Shown: positions 58,313 to 64,000 of the stretch, in pieces | Layout: each line of letters opens with the position of its first letter | Position numbering within the stretch: position 1 is the first letter of the stretch | From: Neophaeotheca triangularis | Taxonomy: Eukaryota | Direction of reading: 5' to 3' | NCBI GenBank assembly: GCA_054600435.1 | Contig: BAAIJX010000051.1 | Coordinates: forward strand, 62,001 to 126,000 | Length of the DNA stretch: 64,000 bases | Notes under the pieces: model-generated | Seen by the model: only the letters and a program-made list of their open reading frames with translations | Told to the model about the DNA's origin: nothing | Database searches by the model: none | Position numbers and translations under genes: made by a program

Positions 58313-60176
58313 CTACTCAAAAATATCCCGCCCATACCGAGCCTGAGCATCATCCGACTCGCCACAGGACCAACTGTCCGCTTCATCCGGATGGCCCGAA
58401 CCATCAAACTTGGCCACCTTTGGAAACGGGCACAGCGGCCGCTGCCTCAGCACCTCATCCCTGACATCATCCTCCACCCACTTAGTAGCCACAATCTTCT
58501 CCGGCGCCACATCCCGCTCCGTCCACGCCATCAACGCCAGCAGCGCATCGTGCTCCTCGTCCTCGAAGCCCGGCACGCCCGAGACACCCGTTCCCAGATC
58601 ACCAGCTTGGTTGCCGCCGGCGAAGTACCATGGAGCGTTGGAGTTCGGGGCCGTGCCGGCGCAATGCAGCATCCCCGGGACGGGGAAGAAGCGGTACCAT
58701 GAGTCGAGCTCGACGCCCTTCGGCTGCAGCGTGCGTAGGACTTGGTTGTAGAAGTAGTAGCTGCTGCCGGATGGGATGAGAGAGTCGGCTTCGCCGTGGT
58801 AGTGCAGAAGTTTACCGCCGCGGCGCTTGAAGGGCGAGAGGTCGTAGTCGTTGGCCGTGGCGTTCCCTGGATCCAAGCGGTTTGCCAGTTCGACTAGCGA
58901 GTAGTCGTAATCTCTGAAGTCCCAGTCAGGGTTGTTGAGGAGGAAGTATCTGATATATCCGTAGCCGAGCGGGTTGGGTTTGCCGTTGGTCCCGCCGAGA
59001 AGGACGGACCATTGGGCTTCGGAGCCCATTTCGATGTGTGGGAAGATGAGTTTTCCCGAGGGGTCTAGGTAGTCGGAATATATTTTTTGGAGGGTTTCGA
59101 GCTGGGGGGCCTTGAGACAGCGGGCTGCTGCTTGGTCTTTGACGTTCGGTGCACAGAGGAGCTTTTTGGCGTCGAAGTTGCAGCCGCGGGGGTTGGAGAT
59201 GATGTTGTCGACCAGGCCGTCTTGGGGATCGCATTGCTTCATGACCTCGTCGCCAATGGTTTCGAATGCCTCGGGAGGAATGTAGGAGGCACTGTCGGTT
59301 GGTAGATTGACAAGACCTAGATAGTTGGTCCAGGTCTGCAAGTTTGACGTCCACCATGCTGGCGCTCCGGCGAGCACTCCGTCGAAGTCTTCCGGATAGA
59401 GCTGAATGTCTCGTATGCCCTGACGTCCACCCGTGCTGCAGCCAGAATAGTAATTGTACTTCGGTTTGGATCCGTAGTAGCCCTTGATGATCTGCTTGGC
59501 CAACACGACGGAGCCGTGCATAGCGCGGTAGCCCCAATCGATCTTCTTCTCAGGTTGGTCCAGGGCCCAAGAAAGATCGCTCGAGATGCTACTGTGTCCA
59601 GTATCGGTAGACATAACGGCAAAGCCATATCCCAGACCAGCACCCTACCATGAGATTAGCCACTGTGAACAACCGCAATGAGAGTGGCGAAAGCTTTACC
59701 ATATCCAGCCAGTTGATGCCGCCGGCGAAACCTCCATTGCCTACCGACAACGAACGCTCGTTCCAGTCATCGGGCAGGAACATGCCGAAACTGTAAGCAG
59801 AAGACTCGCTCGAAGTGACCTTGACCTGAACTGCGCAGTTTGCGCGAAGACTCGTAGGTGAAGTGGGATAAGCAATGTTCTCGCGTGGAACTCGGAAAGT
59901 GCCATCCTGGGGTATTCTGACGGCGGAAGAAACGGTGGCGGTCGAAGGCAAAAGACTCTGGATTGCGGACGAGTCACAGTCTATTGCCTGTACCGTCGAG
60001 ACAGTCAAGGCGGAGAGGAAAGGAAGCCATGTCGGCATGTTTTTCAACGGCATGATGGCGACGTCGCTCAAAGTAGTGAAGGAGAAGATGGCGGCGGAGG
60101 CGAGGAGGAGAATTGGGACGAGGCGATATAATATAGTCCGGCGGTTGCCCGCCATGATTGAACTACTCATGAGCAT
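58313..60176 (-). CDS. Tannase / feruloyl esterase; intron 59645-59699; start codon uncertain (60176, 60155, 60053 or 60038)
   Basis: LPDDWN..VGNGGFAG, STDTGH, nucleophile GCSTGGRQG, YHGEAD and PGMLHC (CS-D-HC motif), RPLCPFP. Confidence 0.93.
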
Positions 60177-60735
60177 ATTGGATGGACATGGCGATCGACA
60201 TGTACAGACAGGAGTGGGTTTTTCGGTGCTGTATGGACTTGACTACAGTTGAACAGTGCGCGCTGTTGCGCATGACGAAATGTAACTACTAAACGCAACA
60301 CGGACCCGCTTTCTCTACCTTTTGACAGTAATTAGTCTGGTTACAAGGAACCTTGAACACGAGGGACCGTGTGCGCAGTACTTCCTAGTATCGAAGACAT
60401 ACCGAGTTGCTTGCCGGTCTGCGTTTATGTACGAGGTGCAGTCGTCCAGGCTCTCCAAGCTCCACCGCGAGCTATCGCGAACTGTTGCTGATGTGGAGAA
60501 CCCCGAGAAATCCCGTTTTGATCGGCCGTGTTTGCCGGATTAGCCCTAACTCTGCTCGACCTGCATATGATATGTCGTCCCATAGAAACGAGCTGGGCCA
60601 TTACACAATGTACCGTGGAATAGACCGTATGTATACCATACACATGGCAGCACGGTTCTGCGACATGTAGTTGTTTAGTACTCCCCCAACGCCTCGCTCA
60701 AGAAATGTTCCCTGCTGAGACTGTACACGAGCAGC

Positions 60736-62452
60736 TCATTCGTAAAGACTGTCCATGTTGTCCCTCGCCCACAGCTTGACTGTGCGGTCCCTGCTTGAAG
60801 AAACGATCCACTTGCCATCGCTGGAAATATCCACAGTCTGAACATTTCCGTCGTGGCCAGTAAGTGTCTTGACAAGGTCCCAGCTGTCGGCAGCGAAGAT
60901 GTTGACGTTCTTGTCCATGCCACCAGTGACGACAAAGGAGCCGCTGTACCTTGGCTTGAGCACACCTTCCTCATCTCTGACCATCTTCGCACCACTCAAC
61001 GGAGCGTCCTGACCTTGGAACCAACGCACGTCGGCAACACCATTGCGGTGAGCGCCGATGTTTGCGGTCTCGCGAACTTGACGAATATCCCAGCATTTGG
61101 CGAAACCATCAGAGGAGCCTGTGATGACGCGGTGGCCGTCGGGGGACCAGCTGAGACCGTGGATTGGTTGTACATGACCCTCGAGCATCATGATGGTCCT
61201 GCCGCTGCGAATGTCCCAGATACGTCCGATGCTGTCGAGGCCCGCCGAAGCTAGCAAGCTACCGTCGCAGTTGAAGCCAACTTGGAACGCTTCGCGGCTG
61301 TGACCTTCAGACATCAACAGCTCCTTTTGTGTCTCGACGTCCCAAAGGCGCCAGGTTGTGTCGTAGGCGGCGGATGCGAGGTACTTGCCAGAGGGGTGGA
61401 AGTCGGCGCGTGTGACTCGAGCGCTGTGGCCGGAGAGGGTGGCAATAGGCGTCTCTTTCTCCATGGACCAGAAATGAATCGAGCCCTCTCCACCAGTCGT
61501 AGCAAGGTTGAGACCATCTGGCGTCGTCGGGCCCGGGTACCAAGTGATCCCTCCAACAACCCCAGTGTGTCCGCGCAGATTCGCCTTCATCTCGAGATTG
61601 GGTACATCGAGGAGTTTGACCGAGCCGTTCCAGTCGCCGCACGCGATGATCTCGCCGTTGGGTGAGAAGCGCGCCATGCTCATCGGCCTCGCGCTGGCAA
61701 TCTGCGACCCAAACAGCTCCACATTCTTGAGCTTCGACTTGATCTGAGCGCGATGCTTGACATGGGTCTCCATCTTGATCGTAGATTCAACCTTCTGGTA
61801 TGCGATGCGTCTCTGCGCTCTCGGCAAACTGTAGCGCGCAATGTCTTTCCTTGCCTCCAGCAGTGCATCGGTGCCTATGGTGTAGAACTCTGCTTGCTCG
61901 TCCTCGGGCTCCTCTTGCTCGCTCTGATCCATCATAGACACATCTTCATCGGGGGTTCCAACTTCCTTCTCAGCGAACATGACATGGCGCAAGCGGTCTC
62001 TCCTCTCGATCTTGCCCTCTCCGAAGAGAGTGATTGGCTCGCCGCGCTTGCGCAGCTCGAGCTTGACGTCGTTGTCGGCTGTAGGAATGTGCATCTGACG
62101 CATGCGCTTATTGCGATCGAGCGCCTCGGCGGCAGCCATCCTCTGCGCATCGTACTGCGCCGGGTTTTGCTCTTGGAACGTGTAAGTGAAGTGAACTTTC
62201 TCCACCTCTGGGGGAGGAGAGTCCTTACCCAGATCATGCATAGACACTCCCTCCTCGTCCTACGGTCATCAAGGTTAGTATGCTGTTGCGCCATGCCTCT
62301 CACGCCGCTTTCTTCTCCAGCCTCACGCGACGGCTCTTCTTCTGCTGCGCAATCTGTGTGAGGAGCCGCCTGAGCATGAGGTACGGTGGGTACTGGCTTA
62401 CCTTGCTATTGCCTTCCTCCACGTACGCCTGCCGAGACGGATGGATTGCCAT
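60736..62452 (-). CDS. PRP4: U4/U6 snRNP WD40 protein Prp4; exons 62452-62402, 62259-60736
   Basis: MAIHPSRQAYVEE exon 1, PRP4 motif IPTADNDVKLELRKRGEPITLFGE..RRDRL, and WD40 repeats (FHPSGKYLASAAYDTTWRLWD). Intron 62260-62401. Confidence 0.93.
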
Positions 62453-63233
62453 TGTTGTGGTTGTGCTGGCGGTAGTCTCGGTGTGGTGGTGGTGAGGTTC
62501 GTTGTCGCAAAAGTTGAAGATTCCGGAACGCGGGTCGTGTTCCAACATCGAAGATGAGCTAAGCATGCATCGCGCTAGTGACTAGCGTAAAGTGAGCTTT
62601 AATCGATAAGCGAGCAGATATCTCTTGGCGCTACATATCTCGTTCCCTGGGGGCTACCCTCAAAAGGTGCAGCGGTACGGATACCAATCAGTGTCTTTTC
62701 TCCTAACGACTGAGCTGCACATCTCATCGAATATATCTGCCAAGAGCACGTTTGCGTGTGGATTTGTGCCTGGTAATATCGCCCCCCCGGCTAGTATAAC
62801 GTAGATACAATGAGGACTATGGTCTAAAGGCAGGCAGATAGATTGACCATGATCGGGGCTTGCGCTCCATGTTGTCAAGTTTGGTCAGCTAGAGTATCAC
62901 TAAAAAGGCGAGTTGCTGCTTGCTGTCTAGCTTGCATTGGGTCAAATTGAATTTTCCACCCAATCGATGAAGCGGCAGCAAGCTGTACGCAGCGACCGAA
63001 GGAATATTCAATGACCTCCTCGGCCGAGGTCTGGAGGCCGGAAGTCAACAGCAAGCCAGGCTGCCCGCTAAGAGCCACGGCTCTATGTTTTCTTCGGCCA
63101 CAGTGGAAGAAGGCATTCGAACCTTGAGCAGAAGCCCGGATAAGGTTCTGCTGCAACCCACGTGGTGAGGATGCAGCATACTTCTTAAAAGCCTGATGGC
63201 AAACGTATTCGATTGGAACCTCATACGATCTGT

Positions 63234-64000
63234 CTAATCGAAATAAGAAGAGTATGCGTTCAGAGCAGGTTGACCTCCCAGATGCACATACAATACATTG
63301 CTGCCCTTTGCAATCGTCCCCTCTTTGATCAGCTGAACCATACCGGCCATACTCTTTCCCTCGTACACAGGATCCGTGATGAGAGCATCAGTCTGCGCCG
63401 CGAGCTTCATAGCCTCGATAGTGCTGGGTCCTGGAATACCGTAGATACCCTCATGGAACCGCTCGTCGAGAATGATAGCGTCGTCGGGGATCTGGAGCTC
63501 GGGATCCAGGAGGTTGGCAGTCCGGCGCGCAATTCTCGCCACTTGATCTTTCGTCTCCGCAGGCTTGCCGGAAGCGTCGATGCCGATAACTTTCCTGCCC
63601 TTGCCCTCGGCCACTGCTCCCGTCAGGAGACCGGCATGCGACGATCCCGTGACGCTGCAGACGATGAGCGTGTCGAAGTAAATGCCCATCTGCTTCTCCT
63701 GTTCGGCCAATTCGACGACAAAGTTTGTGAAACCCAAGCCGCCGAGTTCGTGATCAGAAGCGCCCGCTGGGACGTAGTAGGGCTTGCCGCCTTTTTCGAC
63801 GACACTATCCATAGCTTCCTTGGTGGCGGTTTTGTGGCCGATGTGGAAGCCCTCCTGGTTGAGGCGGACATCGCCACCCATTATGCGCGACAAGAGGATG
63901 TTGCCGGTCTTTTCATAGAGTGGGGGATCAATTGGTACCCATTTTTCCTGAACCGTGACCGCTTTAAGACCACTGGCGGTAGCGACTGCGGTCACGGCTC
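63234..64000 (-). CDS. acdS: 1-aminocyclopropane-1-carboxylate (ACC) deaminase, 3' part (5' end beyond window)
   Basis: GNILLSRIMGGDVRL, GGKPYYVPAGASDH, CSVTGSSHAG, ITDPVYEGKSMAG, YVHLGGQPALNAYS. Confidence 0.92.
   Translation of the reverse strand, partial: AVTAVATASGLKAVTVQEKWVPIDPPLYEKTGNILLSRIMGGDVRLNQEGFHIGHKTATKEAMDSVVEKGGKPYYVPAGASDHELGGLGFTNFVVELAEQEKQMGIYFDTLIVCSVTGSSHAGLLTGAVAEGKGRKVIGIDASGKPAETKDQVARIARRTANLLDPELQIPDDAIILDERFHEGIYGIPGPSTIEAMKLAAQTDALITDPVYEGKSMAGMVQLIKEGTIAKGSNVLYVHLGGQPALNAYSSYFD

Noticed and set aside
45067..64000. Secondary-metabolite or plant-interaction gene cluster (P450, lipase, PEBP, GFA, tannase, ACC deaminase)
   Set aside because: No backbone synthase or cluster regulator, the genes are interspersed with housekeeping PRP4, and no shared pathway is evident.

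Overview
Gene-dense eukaryotic genomic DNA from a filamentous ascomycete (Pezizomycotina; Dothideomycete-like by inference). It has short GT-AG introns with CTRAC/CTAAC branch sites and about 28 protein-coding genes. Recognisable genes: YOS9 (partial, absent from the ORF track), a multi-C2H2 zinc-finger factor, an MFS transporter, RPF2, an RRM protein, RPT1, CCT4, RAD17/RAD24, DNM1, an isochorismatase-family hydrolase, PEX6, an arylsulfotransferase, the complex I NDUFB10-type subunit, an F-box-like protein, monothiol glutaredoxin GRX3/4, an atypical P450, a sterol-esterase-type lipase, a secreted PEBP, a GFA/CENP-V protein, tannase/feruloyl esterase, PRP4 and ACC deaminase (partial), plus several orphans. 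I found no rRNA, tRNA, CRISPR array or intact transposon, and no convincing new multi-gene system. The most unusual signals are: (i) a recurrent, strand-symmetric C/A-rich to G/T-rich skew switch inside many genes, (ii) a non-coding, multi-intron leader at about 17.4-18.4 kb with duplicated introns and a candidate [A2,3] stwintron, (iii) two frame-supported GC-AG introns, (iv) a candidate microexon in PRP4, and (v) RIP-like AT-rich relics. All gene models were spliced by eye and no database searches were run.
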